A stretch of DNA of 64,000 nt from Marsupella aquatica. Lineage: Eukaryota > Plantae > Marchantiophyta. Each line of letters opens with the position of its first letter. Positions within the stretch are counted from its first letter, which is position 1. The notes beneath the pieces are model-generated. The model saw only the letters and a program-made list of their open reading frames with translations. It was not told where the DNA came from and made no database searches. This document shows, one piece after another, positions 33,328-47,343 of this stretch. The stretch is from contig OZ316892.1 of assembly GCA_973895155.1 (NCBI GenBank), forward strand, positions 27,055,233 through 27,119,232. Reading direction: 5' to 3'. Position numbers and translations under genes: made by a program.

Positions 33328-36300
33328 ATACCAAGGGATCGGCATACAAGCCGATTACGAGGGCAGAACAAATTGAGGCCCTATTAGAAGCCGAGAGAGC
33401 ACAGCGGCCTAACTCTCAGGAGCAAGAGATGGATGAGATGGACAGACACGATCCAGAGCCAAGGCAGGAAGGGGAGCCGACCACTAATTCAAAACCGAAT
33501 AGACCGGTAAGGGGACAATCTATGGACACCAAGGAAGGGACCGACTCGGCTAGTCCAGCCGAGATCCCAGTTTATGGAGGTATGAGATTAGAGAGACTGG
33601 AAGCCGAACTGGACCCGAATTTGAAGAAGCAGATTAATATGATCCAAGCACGGCAATATCGGAAGCTCGACTTAGGAGAGGGAAGAGAACTGAACTTAGG
33701 GAGAAACCTAGCACCTGAGCTCGAGAAAGAGATCAGTGACTTATTGATTGAATTTCAGGATGTGTTTGCATGGAGTCACCAAGATCTAAAGGGAGTAGAT
33801 CCAACACTAGGGGAACATCGAATTGATCTCATGTTAGGAGCCAAATCATTTCGACAACCAATTCGAAGGATGAACCCGAAGTATTCCCTGCTGGTCAAAA
33901 CAGAAATCGACAAACTAGTGGAAGCTGGATTCATCACTCCAGTCCTGCATTCAGACTGGGTGTCTCCAATGGTGATAGTTCCCAAGAAAGCTGGACCCGA
34001 TGGTAAACCCAAGATCCGGGTTTGTCAGGATTACAGGAAGCTGAATGAAGCAACATTAAAAGACCATTTTCCTTTACCGTTTACTGATATGGTACTAGAC
34101 ATGGTAGCCAGTCATGAACTATATTCATTCATGGATGGATACTCTGGTTATAACCAAATCAGGATTTGGCAGGAAGACCAAATCAAGACGGCCTTCATCA
34201 CGGAATGGGGGATCTATGTCTTCAATCGTATGCCGTTTGGACTCTGCAACGCACCAGCTATGTTCCAACGATTAATGGTGAACATTTTTCATGATTATTT
34301 GAGAAAGTTCATGGAAATCTTCATTGATGACTTTGCAGTATTCGGGAAGGCATCGAAACATGCTAAATACCTCAGGAAAACCTTCATGAGATGTAGAGAG
34401 GTGGGTCTCAAGTTACACCAGATAAATGTTTTTTTGCAGTAACCGAGGGGGTGCTACTAGGTCACAAGGTATCAAGGAAGGGCATTGAGATTGACAAAGG
34501 TAAGCTAGCAGTATGGCTAGATATCATGCAACCTAAGAACATAAAGGATGTAAGATCCTTCTTGGGATGCATTGGTTACTATCGCCGGTTCATCAAGGAT
34601 TTTGCCAAGCTAGCTTTACCATTAACCAATATGCTCAAGGCAGGAGCAGACTTCGAACCCACACCCGAACGAGTCACAGCGGTGGTAGAATTGAAGCAGA
34701 TGTTAGTAGAGGCCCCAGTCATGATAGCACCGGACTGGAACAAAGATTTTCATGTTTTTGTAGATGTCTCGGGCTTCTGTATTGGCTCAGTACTAAGTCA
34801 GTTGGATGAGAAAGGAAGGGACCATCCCATATACTTCGCAAGCCGTCAGCTTGCCGATGCCGAACGGAACTACTCTACCACGGAAAGAGAAGCATTAGGA
34901 GTCATTTATTCTTGTAAAAAGTTTAGGCATTATTTACTAGGGTACAAGGTAATCTTTCATACTGATCATGAAAGTTTGAAGTACCTAGTCAATAAGCCGG
35001 ACCTTACAGGCAGAGTAGCAAGATGGATTTTGCTATTACAGGAGTTTGACTATGAGCTGAGGATCAAGCCGGGAAAGTTACATGCCAATGCCGACTTCTT
35101 TTCAAGGATCACAGGTAAACCTGCCACGGATTGCATCGATGATCGATTCCCCGACGAGGAGCTATTCGTTGTGGAAATAGCTGGTACATGGTACCCTGAG
35201 ATTTTACAATTTCTCAGCACTTCCAGATTACAGCCAGGATTAAGCCGAGAGCAAGCCGCAGTCTTTGTGCGGAAGGTCAGACAGTATCAGTGCATTAAAG
35301 GCATACTGCACAAGCATGGAATCAACGGCACGATTCAAAGGTGTTTGGAAAAGAGAGAGGTAAAACGAGTCCTACGGGCCATGCATGGAGAGGAGGCCGG
35401 AGGACATTTTGCCCCAGTAACCACGTCTAAGAAGATATTAAATGCCGGTTACTGGTGGCCCACCTTGCACAAAGATGTCTATCAGTTTATCAAACAATGC
35501 GATCCTTGTCAACGAGCGGGAGGACCAAGGGCGTCCACCAGGCATCCACTGCACCCTATTCTACCTTTGGCACCATTCGAGAAGTGGGGTATTGATTACA
35601 TTGGACCTCTGAAACCACTGACCCACCCTCGACGGAACAAGTACATAATCCTGGCTACGGATTATGCAACTAAATGGGTAGAGGCCAGACCAACAACGAA
35701 GGATGATGCAATTACTACGACTAGATTCATGTATGAGCAGATCTTCACCAGGTATGGAGCACCCCTAGAATTAGTTAGTGATAGAGGAACCCATTTTTTG
35801 AATGATATAATTAGTCGTTTAAATGAGCAGTATTTAGTTAAACATAGGCCTACTACTCCCTACCATCCAAAGGCAAACGGGTTGACAGAACGAGCAAACG
35901 GAATCATAGGAAAGATATTGAACAAGACAGTAGCTCAGAACAAACTCGATTGGGATGATAAATTGTTTGCTGCTGTTTTTGCTTACAATCTTGCCTATAA
36001 ATCCACTACCGGTCATACACCCTTCTTCTTAACCTTTGGACAAGAAGCCCTGGTACCCATGCAACTTGAGATACCGATATTTCAAGTTACAATTGAGGAA
36101 AGAGCCTCAGCGGAGGAGAGCCTAAAGGAGCGAGAATATAGGTTAGAAGCTTTAGAGGAAGCGAGAATGATTTCAGCCGAGAGAGTAGAATATAGACAGA
36201 ATATCATGAAGCAGCAGTATGATAAAAGGTTAAAAGTAGTTAGTATTCATACCGGTGATCTTGTGCTACTTTATGACAGTAGATATAGTAGGTTTCCAGG

Positions 36301-36499
36301 AAAGCTTTACACTCGCTGGTTAGGACCCTTTAGAGTAACCATGATGTTCCCCAATGGCTCCGTACAATTGGCCAACATTACGGGAGAGGTATATCCAGTT
36401 CGCATCCATTATGACCGCCTCAAGAAATACTATATGGACGAAGATGAAGTTGTTCGCGAGGACGCTTCACAATTAAGTGGGGAGCTATGTGATGCCTAG
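33234..36499 (+). pseudogene. pol: Pol, copy 2, frameshifted
   Basis: 1-bp deletion near 34418 (CACCCAGAT>CACCAGAT) just after the RT FIDD motif. Confidence 0.92.
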
Positions 36500-39400
36500 A
36501 CAGGAATCACTCGGCCGGTTAAGTGGGTAAAGCAGGAAGGCACCCTAGGAACACCTTAGTATAGTGACAAAACTAGGAAAATATAAACAATTAGGGGCAA
36601 CCATGGAACCCGGGCCGAGGCCGGAGGTAAGGCTAAGGGTGAAAACCCAATTAGGGTTAGGGCGCGTTAAGCGTCGGCGGCTAGGAAGGATCAACGAGAA
36701 GAAGGACCGGCAGAGGAGAGGGGTAAGGAGCGCTTGCAGGAGATGGTGGCTCATTTGCGAGCACGAACTAGGCAGACGACTACGGGAGGCCAACTACTGT
36801 CAGCTGCTTAGGCAAGCACTCGGGGAGAGAATAGATACCGACGATCGACCTAAGGAGGGTATGAGCAACGTCAATCAAGCGGCACATTTCTGGGGATGCC
36901 TGTTCGAACGGGCAACTGAGTACATCAAGACTTACGAGGATGAGGAGTCAGAAAGGGCAGCTCGAGAACGGCAGGAGCTCGCTCGATTGTGGGAGCTGCA
37001 GAAGACGGCTTTCTTAGGAGGCGAACTCATCAAGGACGAGTTCCTGTGGACGCCTACTTCCAATCAACTCGACGATCTTCTGTTTTGCAAAGACAGCGTC
37101 GTCGGCATCTGAGAGGCCATCAAGAACTGCAACGACATACACTGGGAATTAAAGGGTAGCACGGAAAGGTGGACCCAGGCAACGGTGCTAGGAGAAACCT
37201 CCACGGTAGCAGAGATGAAGAGGAAGGGGGCCGTCAACGATGAAGCCACCCCGGCAAAAAGAACGAGGTCGGCGGCACCAAAGAAGCCAGCCGAGCAGCA
37301 GAGCAGGAGGCAGGGAGAAGCCGAAGAGGAGGAGGTCGATCCCATCAAGGCCATTCCAACCAGGGATGACACCTGGAAGGGCTGGGCGGCAACCCTACCG
37401 GTGGAGGTGCAACTACATTTTGCACGGGAGGAGGATGCATGCTTTACGGCCATGCAGACCAAGAAGTACCAAGGCTTCATGGCCGGATCCGGCTTGGAGG
37501 CCTTTGTAAGATTACCATGGCTGAAGCCGGAGGTACCGGAGTCAGACCTATTAGAATTCGTGGGGTCATGGGAACCCGAGACCAATTGCACGAGGATATA
37601 TGGGAAGGATTTCTATCTTACTCCCAAGGCAATAAGACCAAAGTTGATACCAGGAAGACCTTGCTTGACAAGGAGTTCCGGTCGTTCCCCGGGCCATCAA
37701 CGAAGAATGGCTTCTTCCGGAACACCTGCACCAACCCGCACATAGGAGAGATGATCGACTTCTTGCGGGTGACCATGCATTGTAACTTGCCGAGGGCAGA
37801 GATCGGCAAGGCACAGGTCTATCTGGCAGAAAGGCCAGACCCAAGCCGGGACTACAACGGGTACCTCCTCAACCAATTGAAGAAGATCTTAAAGGAGGAG
37901 CAGCAGGTAATTGGCATGGGGAGCGTGTCGCGGCTTGGCTATCACATGCCGCTGTTGTGCCGGTATGCCAGAGGTCAGACTTTTGCCCCGGTACTTCCCC
38001 TGCAGGTAAGGGCACCCGAGGAAGCTCCAACGCCGAGGCCGTTGGCTGAGAAGCCTCAACCACCTGTTAGTCCTACGATCGAGCAGGTGTTTAGGCCCAG
38101 GAAGGAAGACTTGCCGATGCAGCAACCAGGCATGCAGAGTCTGCTGAAACTACTGGAGAAAGAAAAGAAATCGGCATCGGCAACAACAACGGCAACGGCA
38201 ACAATGCAGGACACTACTACAGAGGTAGGCCTACACCGGCTCACAAGAGAAAACCCCTTTGCTGGAGACAAGGAGAGAATCAGACCGGAATCCAAGCCAG
38301 GTGTTCGAATGTACGTGGGAACCTCAAGCTCTGAATCTGAGGCAGAATTGCCTGAAGCTCCTACCGACGAAGAGGAGAGGGAGAAGCCGGACGTCCAAGA
38401 GGTAGAGGAGGCAGTGGAGGACTGCAGCCATGATAATTCCGGCTATGGGTCGGACCATCACGTTCCAGGAGTAAGGACCTGTGGCCGGTTTGTCCCCACA
38501 CTTCCAAGGGTAGTGCGAGGGGACCCCAACCAGCAGAGTAGCCCTGAGTCTCCCCCACCAGATGTTGCTCCCCCGAGCTTCGACGGCATAAAACAGACGG
38601 TGCAGGAATTTCAGGAGCGAATCAAGCAGGAGGAAGAGGCCGCCCTGGCTAAGGAAAAGGATTTACCAGGAGGAGATTGGCCGGAGGACATCAGGCGGCT
38701 AGCCGAAAAAGGAAGCAAACCTCTAGCCACGATTGAAGAGATCCGCAGGACGGCTTGGGAGCAAAGGCCACGATGGGCGATGCCGATCACTTCTACTTAC
38801 TCCACCTACGCTAAGAATAGAGCCATGGAGTATGGTGAGATGTGTGGGGAACTTGCGCTCGGCATCTTTGGAGAGGAGTTGGAGGTAGGACCCTTTTTCC
38901 ATAGGGAGCAGTTGGAGAAGCACCAATTAGAAGAAGCGGTGGCTTTAGAGAGAAGCAAGAAGGACGAGGTCATTCGGCGGCTTAGGAGGATGGAAGCCGA
39001 GATTGAAGATCTAAGGGCGGCCAAGAAAGCCCAAGATGAACTGCGGATTAAACGACATGAGCTGAACATCATGCAGGGGCAGTTGGACACCGCGCAGGCT
39101 GAAAATCAGAATATCAAGGATAAACTGACTCAGACGCAGGAAGAGTTGGCCGACACGATCAAAGAGAGGGAGAAGTGGAAGCAAGAGCTGAAGAATACAG
39201 AGGAGGCCCACATAACAGCCAACAGCCGGGCCATGGCGGAGACCCAAAGAAAGGAATGGGCGTTGAAAGGGGAGCTCGAGAAAATCCGCGGAGCCCTTGA
39301 GCAGAAGGAGGTCGAGTTAGGGAAATCCTATCAAGGGATTATGGCGCTGCAGCAGGAGCTTGCGTCCGTGACGGCCAGCTTCAAGGCCGACCTAAGGGAG

Positions 39401-41107
39401 AAGGACGAGATGCTCGAACAGACTTACGCCAAGATGAACCAGATGGAGTCTGTCATCATTGCAGAGCTCGACAAGGAGCTAAGAGCAACCCAGGAGGAGA
39501 GGGCTACCTTGAAGAAGGAATTGGAGGAAGCCCACAGGGAGCAGGAGGAGGCCAAAAACGAGCTGGAGGGGGCACGTAAGGACCTGGATGAAACCCAAGA
39601 GGAGTTGGAGGAAATCACGAGGAAGATGGAGAACCTACAGCGGCGGGCCGACAACCAAACAGAGCGGCTGAAGAAACAAGCCGCAGTATTTAAATGCTTA
39701 GCTGCAGCAGGTCCATCTCCCGTTGGGACAAACCAGTTACCAGGGGTGGTAATTGCCGAAGGACAAGCCGCGTCAACTGCACCAGTGCCGGAAGTAAGTG
39801 GGAAGGGGAAGGGACCAGCTGCCGAGCCACCAACGAAGAAGAAGCGGAAACCTTCAGGGTCAAGGAGTAATACGACTTCACAGGCCGTGGTGATCAAGGA
39901 GGTAGACCCAGCACCGACCCCAGACAGGGTCACGGCTAGGGATCCAACTACCCTAGGGGAAGGGGAGGCCGAAGCCGAGGGAGTGGCTGAAGCCGAAGCC
40001 GAGGGAGTGACTGAGGCCGAAGCCGTGGGTATTGCCGAGGCCGGTGTCGAGACTGAAGCCGAAGGTGGACCCAGTCAGGCCGATGGAGAGTTGACTCAGT
40101 CAAGGGCAGGTAATCTGTCAGAGAATGAACCTACGGCAGTGGCTGAGGAGGAAGCGTTGGGGGCGTCCATTAAGGATCCACCACCGGTGTCGTGACGGTG
40201 CAAGGGCGCCGTTCCTTTTAGGGAGGGCGGACGTGGAGGGAGGAGGCGTGAGTGGGCAGGGCGGGCTCGGATCTCCACGTTTAGGATTAGGATCAGAACC
40301 AGGAGCGGCCCTGACACTTAGCTTAGTGGGATTGCGGTCCCACTAGTAGGAGCAACACTTGTGCTCCTGCCTTGCTGTACATAGGTAGATTCGGGCAAGT
40401 AGATTACTGTTAAGTAGATTAGGCTTACGCTGCAAAGAATGGCGGATCCACTACCAGGATAAGTACCTGGGCAGCGGGGAGCTCAGGGCCTCTTCTTTAG
40501 CAAGTTTTTAGTTTGCACCAGCCGGGCTGGGATCAAGTAGTACGAGAAGCTCTCGGTTAGTCATACAGTGACCCTTGTGTATATTCATGTTTCCTCATGC
40601 CTAAGAGCTGAATAGAGTTGGCCTCACGGCTTAGTTCGCAGAACTTGTGTATGAGATGTACTATTTGTATGGCAAGTGCATGGTATGACTCAGTCAGAAT
40701 GAGTCATTTTGCTATTTGTGTGTCGCATTAACTTGTGTGAAGAGTGCCCACATCAACAGAAGGAAGGAAAGTAAGCAGGGGAGTGAGAGTTGGATGTGTC
40801 GAGCTGAGAGAGGTCTTAGCGGCTTAACCAAGCCTATTGGGGATCATTCCGGCGGCGGAATCCAAACATACCTAACAAGAAGACAGGGGAAGACAGGGGA
40901 AGGCCTATATTAGGCCGGCTACGTATCTCATGACCCGATGAAGGATCTGTCCAGTATATGTGTGTAAAATGTTAATAGTAGTAGTAGAAGGTTAGCAGCG
41001 TCCCATGCCGCTAAGCCGCGGAAACGGCCTCGCCAAGCACGAAACCTGCGGGAATCGGCTTGAGCTGGGGGGTTTCTTGGGTTTAGGGAGCCATGGGACG
41101 CACCACA
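36488..41107 (+). repeat. Gypsy LTR 3 (4620 bp, shared)
   Basis: PPT before, PBS after. Confidence 0.96.
36564..40195 (+). pseudogene. LTR-encoded ORF, LTR3 copy
   Basis: TGA at 37110 and the 31-bp deletion; 918-aa 3' ORF open. Confidence 0.8.
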
Positions 41108-41176
41108 TTTTTGGCGCTATGTGGAGGGGGCATTTCTTAAGCCGTGAGATATGAAGTTAGAACGGAAGCGTAGGTA

Positions 41177-44170
41177 ATGACTGACCTTACGCCGAGGGAA
41201 GAAAGAGTGATTCAACGGGAGAGAGCTCGACTGCAGCAGCTCGCCGGGTGGCATGATACACAGCGACTGAGAGGGGCAGAAAGAGCTGGTAGCTCCGAAA
41301 CTGGAAGTGGCGTCGAAGAAGACATACCAGAAGAAGAGTCGGTAAGGAGAAGTGAGTCTCCAACCGACATGGGGGAACCAGAGGCACGGCCAGACGAGAG
41401 GCCAGGGACCAGATTGAGCCAGCGGTCGTGCATACATTACAAGGCATTTCATGGGAGAGGAGATGAGGATCCGGACGAATGGTTGGATGATTTCGAGGGA
41501 ACCGCTGCAGCAAATGGAGAATCGGCCATCAAGATGCAGATTCTTCCCGGCCTGTTCAAGGGTGAGGCTAGGCCTTGGTACAGAGCATTAGATGTGGAAG
41601 ATCAAGCCATCTGGGATATCTTCAAAACACTCTTTGTTAAGGAGTTTCGACCCATTGGAACTTCAGAACTAGCAGTGCTGAAGTTGGGACAACTTCGGTT
41701 CAAGGAGAACAAATCCTTCAGGAAGTTCTTGCAACGCTTTCAGAAACTGGTAAGACGTACAAAGACCAATGCATCTGAAGGTATGCAACTTCAATGGTTG
41801 GTGAATGCTTTGCCACAGAAGATGAGTTTTGCAATTAGGAAGGAGAACCCGGAGACTTTAGCCGAAGCAATTAAGGATATTCAATTATACATTAATGCAG
41901 ATATCACAAGCCGGAAGAAACAGCTTAAGTCTGAGAGTTCCTCATCAGAGGAGGGATCACCCCATAAGAAAAAAGATAAGAAGAAGAAACATCCCAAGAA
42001 GTCTAGAAGTGATAAGTCAAGCTCGGATAGTGGGAGTAGCAAGAGTGAGTCATCTTCTAGTTCTGAAGAAGAAAAAACTAGGAAAAGGAAGGGCAGAAGG
42101 AGAGGGAAGACGAAAGTCAAGATGGAGGCTAAGCCACCAGATAACATCGTAGCCCTTACCGAGCAACTTAAGGCTATCATTGCAGAGGTAAAACCAGAGA
42201 AGAAGGTAGTACAGGAGGATAGCTCTGTATGGTGTGCCTTATGTTATAAAACCGGACACCATAAAGATGCGTGTCCTAAGCTTAATACTAATCATGTTCG
42301 GCATGTGGCCGAGATCAGACCATGTCAGGGAGAAGTAGAGTACTTTTTAGGAGATGCCGCTGATAGTGTTTTCGGCATCAGTGAGACTGGAGCACGAGAC
42401 CTATCCAACAGACCTGCATCTCTGTGGTCAGGGTTAAGGAACAATCCAGGAGAGATGTATCCTCGGATTATTCAGAACCCGTCAGTACCTCCTAGGCCGA
42501 ATGTGCAAAGATTTGCGGCATGCTATAATTGTGGTCAACCTGGCCATTTTGCTAGAGAATGCCCGAATGCACGCAAATAGGGTGATGGACAACCAGCTCA
42601 GCTGTGTATGGGATGCCGACAGGAAGGTCATATGCTAGGGCAATATCCTACTTGGTTGGCAGGCCTGGCCGCAAATCATAAGCTTTTGCCGATCAAGATC
42701 TTACCGCCAGGTACTACCCCCAGAGGAGTTCAAATCAACCACATCAAACTAGGATGGCAAGAGGATGCCGAGGCAGAGTTCGTACCATCTGATGATGAGG
42801 CCGAAGCCCTATCAACCTTCTCAGAGGAGGATTTAGATCATGATTGCTACCGGGTCTCTACTCGATCTACCAGAAGGAAGGAAAGGTGGGATGGGCTGGC
42901 CAAAAATAAAGGGAAGGTTATGGAGGAAAGGATCGACTCTTCGTCAACATCAACAGAAGGAGAAGGGAGGGCTCCGGCAATACAGGTAAGCCATGAGCCC
43001 ACCAGTGAAACCAATCCTTCACAAGATAGCGACTTCAATCGAGATCATCCTAAGTTGTTCTACCCCTCTGTTACGGCTAGTGTTAAGGAACAACTAAGAG
43101 AATTAGAAACCCTGGAGAATACCGAAGCCATTGCCAAGGATGTAAAACGAGCAAAAGCATTGTTTGCTTCGGAAGACCCAATAGCTGTGGAGACTAGCGT
43201 GGCAAAACTGGCCGAATCCAAGACGGAAACACCACCAGAAGAGAAGCCGATTGTTCCCTATGACCTGGCTAAAGATGTACTAGAATCTAGAGTCTCGGCA
43301 ACAGTAGGTCAACTATTGAAAAATAGCCCGTACTTCCGGAAGCAATTAAGGAAGGCTATTCTCGGCAAGCCGAGATTACCCAAGGTAGCAACCAGATCCG
43401 ACGTACTAATGATAGAAGAAGATCAAGGAGCCCCAGCATTACCATTAATGATTCAAGGAGAATTATTACTACGGGTACCCATCGATGGAGGATCAGGGGT
43501 ATGTATTATGATTGATTCAACAGCAAAAGGGTGGGGTCTAACACCGGAGATGACTGGAAGAGTGTTGAACATGGCCAATGGATATCAGGTCATTCCGACG
43601 GGAGTGTTAACCGGCATCAAGATAGAGATAGGAGGTATCTTCTTTAGCATTAACTATGTAGTAATGAAGCCGGTAAATCCTACGTCATTCCGGCTATTGA
43701 TTGGTAGGCCATGGCTGTACCTAGCCGAGGTAATAGAAGATTGGGATAAAAAGTAGTTCACTTTCGGGACCCCCTCTATCACGGTATCCTGGGACACTAA
43801 GGATGACCGTAGGAAAAGCATAAGGGAAGTAGATGGGTACGATAGTGGACTGGAGTCAGCCGATGAAGTACGTTGGTTAGAATGCCTCACTAACCTAACC
43901 GAAGAAGGTGTCTTTGGACCAGAGGTACCCCCCAGCGGATTATGGCAAGAACCAATGGAAGGTGACTTGGAAGAAGAAGACGAAGAGGTCGAGGACTGCT
44001 TTACAATAGAATCCACCTTTTTAGCTGCAATTCCGGAGGAAGTAAAGGATGTAGACCAATTGGATGAAACGGCTAAGTGGGGAGCAGTAGCAGGGACAGT
44101 GGATTTTCTGCAGGCGTTGTGGCAGAGCCGACGGGGTCCACAACGCCATCGATCATCGGCAAGGAATTAA
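41177..44170 (+). pseudogene. gag: Gag-protease, copy 3, two nonsense codons
   Basis: CAG>TAG at 42578 and 43754. Confidence 0.92.
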
Positions 44171-47100
44171 ATACCAAGGGATCGGCATACAAGCCGATTA
44201 CGAGGGCAGAACAAATTGAGGCCCTATTAGAAGCCGAGAGAGCACAGCGGCCTAACTCTCAGGAGCAAGAGGTGGATGAGATGGACAGACACGATCCAGA
44301 GCCAAGGCAGGAAGGGGAGCCGACCACTAATTCAAAACCGAATAGACCGGTAAGGGGACAATCTATGGACACCAAGGAAGGGACCGACTCGGCTAGTCCA
44401 GCCGAGATCCCAGTTTATGGAGGTATGAGATTAGAGAGACTGGAAGCCGAACTGGACCCGAATTTGAAGAAGCAGATTAATATGATCCAAGCACGGCAAT
44501 ATCGGAAGCTCGACTTAGGAGAGGGAAGAGAACTGAACTTAGGGAGAAACCTAGCACCTGAGCTCGAGAAAGAGATCAGTGACTTATTGATTGAATTTCA
44601 GGATGTGTTTGCATGGAGTCACCAAGATCTAAAGGGAGTAGATCCAACACTAGGGGAACATCGAATTGATCTCATGTTAGGAGCCAAATCATTTCGACAA
44701 CCAATTCGAAGGATGAACCCGAAGTATTCCCTGCTGGTCAAAACAGAAATCGACAAACTAGTGGAAGCTGGATTCATCACTCCAGTCCTGCATTCAGACT
44801 GGGTGTCTCCAATGGTGATAGTTCCCAAGAAAGCTGGACCCGATGGTAAACCCAAGATCCGGGTTTGTCAGGATTACAGGAAGCTGAATGAAGCAACATT
44901 AAAAGACCATTTTCCTTTACCGTTTACTGATATGGTACTAGACATGGTAGCCAGTCATGAACTATATTCATTCATGGATGGATACTCTGGTTATAACCAA
45001 ATCAGGATTTGGCAGGAAGACCAAATCAAGACGGCCTTCATCACGGAATGGGGGATCTATGTCTTCAATCGTATGCCGTTTGGACTCTGCAACGCACCAG
45101 CTATGTTCCAACGATTAATGGTGAACATTTTTCATGATTATTTGAGAAAGTTCATGGAAATCTTCATTGATGACTTTGCAGTATTCGGGAAGGCATCGAA
45201 ACATGCTAAATACCTCAGGAAAACCTTCATGAGATGTAGAGAGGTGGGTCTCAAGTTACACCCAGATAAATGTTTTTTTGCAGTAACCGAGGGGGTGCTA
45301 CTAGGTCACAAGGTATCAAGGAAGGGCATTGAGATTGACAAAGGTAAGCTAGCAGTATGGCTAGATATCATGCAACCTAAGAACATAAAGGATGTAAGAT
45401 CCTTCTTGGGATGCATTGGTTACTATCGCCGGTTCATCAAGGATTTTGCCAAGCTAGCTTTACCATTAACCAATATGCTCAAGGCAGGAGCAGACTTCGA
45501 ACCCACACCCGAACGAGTCACAGCGGTGGTAGAATTGAAGCAGATGTTAGTAGAGGCCCCAGTCATGATAGCACCGGACTGGAACAAAGATTTTCATGTT
45601 TTTGTAGATGTCTCGGGCTTCTGTATTGGCTCAGTACTAAGTCAGTTGGATGAGAAAGGAAGGGACCATCCCATATACTTCGCAAGCCGTCAGCTTGCCG
45701 ATGCCGAACGGAACTACTCTACCACGGAAAGAGAAGCATTAGGAGTCATTTATTCTTGTAAAAAGTTTAGGCATTATTTACTAGGGTACAAGGTAATCTT
45801 TCATACTGATCATGAAAGTTTGAAGTACCTAGTCAATAAGCCGGACCTTACAGGCAGAGTAGCAAGATGGATTTTGCTATTACAGGAGTTTGACTATGAG
45901 CTGAGGATCAAGCCGGGAAAGTTACATGCCAATGCCGACTTCTTTTCAAGGATCACAGGTAAACCTGCCACGGATTGCATCGATGATCGATTCCCCGACG
46001 AGGAGCTATTCGTTGTGGAAATAGCTGGTACATGGTACCCTGAGATTTTACAATTTCTCAGCACTTCCAGATTACAGCCAGGATTAAGCCGAGAGCAAGC
46101 CGCAGTCTTTGTGCGGAAGGTCAGACAGTATCAGTGCATTAAAGGCATACTGCACAAGCATGGAATCAACGGCACGATTCAAAGGTGTTTGGAAAAGAGA
46201 GAGGTAAAACGAGTCCTACGGGCCATGCATGGAGAGGAGGCCGGAGGACATTTTGCCCCAGTAACCACGTCTAAGAAGATATTAAATGCCGGTTACTGGT
46301 GGCCCACCTTGCACAAAGATGTCTATCAGTTTATCAAACAATGCGATCCTTGTCAACGAGCGGGAGGACCAAGGGCGTCCACCAGGCATCCACTGCACCC
46401 TATTCTACCTTTGGCACCATTCGAGAAGTGGGGTATTGATTACATTGGACCTCTGAAACCACTGACCCACCCTCGACGGAACAAGTACATAATCCTGGCT
46501 ACGGATTATGCAACTAAATGGGTAGAGGCCAGACCAACAACGAAGGATGATGCAATTACTACGACTAGATTCATGTATGAGCAGATCTTCACCAGGTATG
46601 GAGCACCCCTAGAATTAGTTAGTGATAGAGGAACCCATTTTTTGAATGATATAATTAGTCGTTTAAATGAGCAGTATTTAGTTAAACATAGGCCTACTAC
46701 TCCCTACCATCCAAAGGCAAACGGGTTGACAGAACGAGCAAACGGAATCATAGGAAAGATATTGAACAAGACAGTAGCTCAGAACAAACTCGATTGGGAT
46801 GATAAATTGTTTGCTGCTGTTTTTGCTTACAATCTTGCCTATAAATCCACTACCGGTCATACACCCTTCTTCTTAACCTTTGGACAAGAAGCCCTGGTAC
46901 CCATGCAACTTGAGATACCGACATTTCAAGTTACAATTGAGGAAAGAGCCTCAGCGGAGGAGAGCCTAAAGGAGCGAGAATATAGGTTAGAAGCTTTAGA
47001 GGAAGCGAGAATGATTTCAGCCGAGAGAGTAGAATATAGACAGAATATCATGAAGCAGCAGTATGATAAAAGGTTAAAAGTAGTTAGTATTCATACCGGT

Positions 47101-47343
47101 GATCTTGTGCTACTTTATGACAGTAGATATAGTAGGTTTCCAGGAAAGCTTTACACTCGCTGGTTAGGACCCTTTAGAGTAACCATGATGTTCCCCAATG
47201 GCTCCGTACAATTGGCCAACATTACGGGAGAGGTATATCCAGTTCGCATCCATTATGACCGCCTCAAGAAATACTATATGGACGAAGATGAAGTTGTTCG
47301 CGAGGACGCTTCACAATTAAGTGGGGAGCTATGTGATGCCTAG
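44077..47343 (+). CDS. pol: Pol (RT-RNaseH-integrase), copy 3, open frame of 1088 codons
   Basis: RT: DYRKLN, MDGYSGYNQI, MPFGLCNAP, FIDD; RH: VDVSG..ERNYSTTERE..TDH; IN: HHCC zinc finger, GIDYIG, SDRG, ANGLTER, WLGPF; no chromodomain. Confidence 0.95.
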   Translation: MGSSSRDSGFSAGVVAEPTGSTTPSIIGKELNTKGSAYKPITRAEQIEALLEAERAQRPNSQEQEVDEMDRHDPEPRQEGEPTTNSKPNRPVRGQSMDTKEGTDSASPAEIPVYGGMRLERLEAELDPNLKKQINMIQARQYRKLDLGEGRELNLGRNLAPELEKEISDLLIEFQDVFAWSHQDLKGVDPTLGEHRIDLMLGAKSFRQPIRRMNPKYSLLVKTEIDKLVEAGFITPVLHSDWVSPMVIVPKKAGPDGKPKIRVCQDYRKLNEATLKDHFPLPFTDMVLDMVASHELYSFMDGYSGYNQIRIWQEDQIKTAFITEWGIYVFNRMPFGLCNAPAMFQRLMVNIFHDYLRKFMEIFIDDFAVFGKASKHAKYLRKTFMRCREVGLKLHPDKCFFAVTEGVLLGHKVSRKGIEIDKGKLAVWLDIMQPKNIKDVRSFLGCIGYYRRFIKDFAKLALPLTNMLKAGADFEPTPERVTAVVELKQMLVEAPVMIAPDWNKDFHVFVDVSGFCIGSVLSQLDEKGRDHPIYFASRQLADAERNYSTTEREALGVIYSCKKFRHYLLGYKVIFHTDHESLKYLVNKPDLTGRVARWILLLQEFDYELRIKPGKLHANADFFSRITGKPATDCIDDRFPDEELFVVEIAGTWYPEILQFLSTSRLQPGLSREQAAVFVRKVRQYQCIKGILHKHGINGTIQRCLEKREVKRVLRAMHGEEAGGHFAPVTTSKKILNAGYWWPTLHKDVYQFIKQCDPCQRAGGPRASTRHPLHPILPLAPFEKWGIDYIGPLKPLTHPRRNKYIILATDYATKWVEARPTTKDDAITTTRFMYEQIFTRYGAPLELVSDRGTHFLNDIISRLNEQYLVKHRPTTPYHPKANGLTERANGIIGKILNKTVAQNKLDWDDKLFAAVFAYNLAYKSTTGHTPFFLTFGQEALVPMQLEIPTFQVTIEERASAEESLKEREYRLEALEEARMISAERVEYRQNIMKQQYDKRLKVVSIHTGDLVLLYDSRYSRFPGKLYTRWLGPFRVTMMFPNGSVQLANITGEVYPVRIHYDRLKKYYMDEDEVVREDASQLSGELCDA

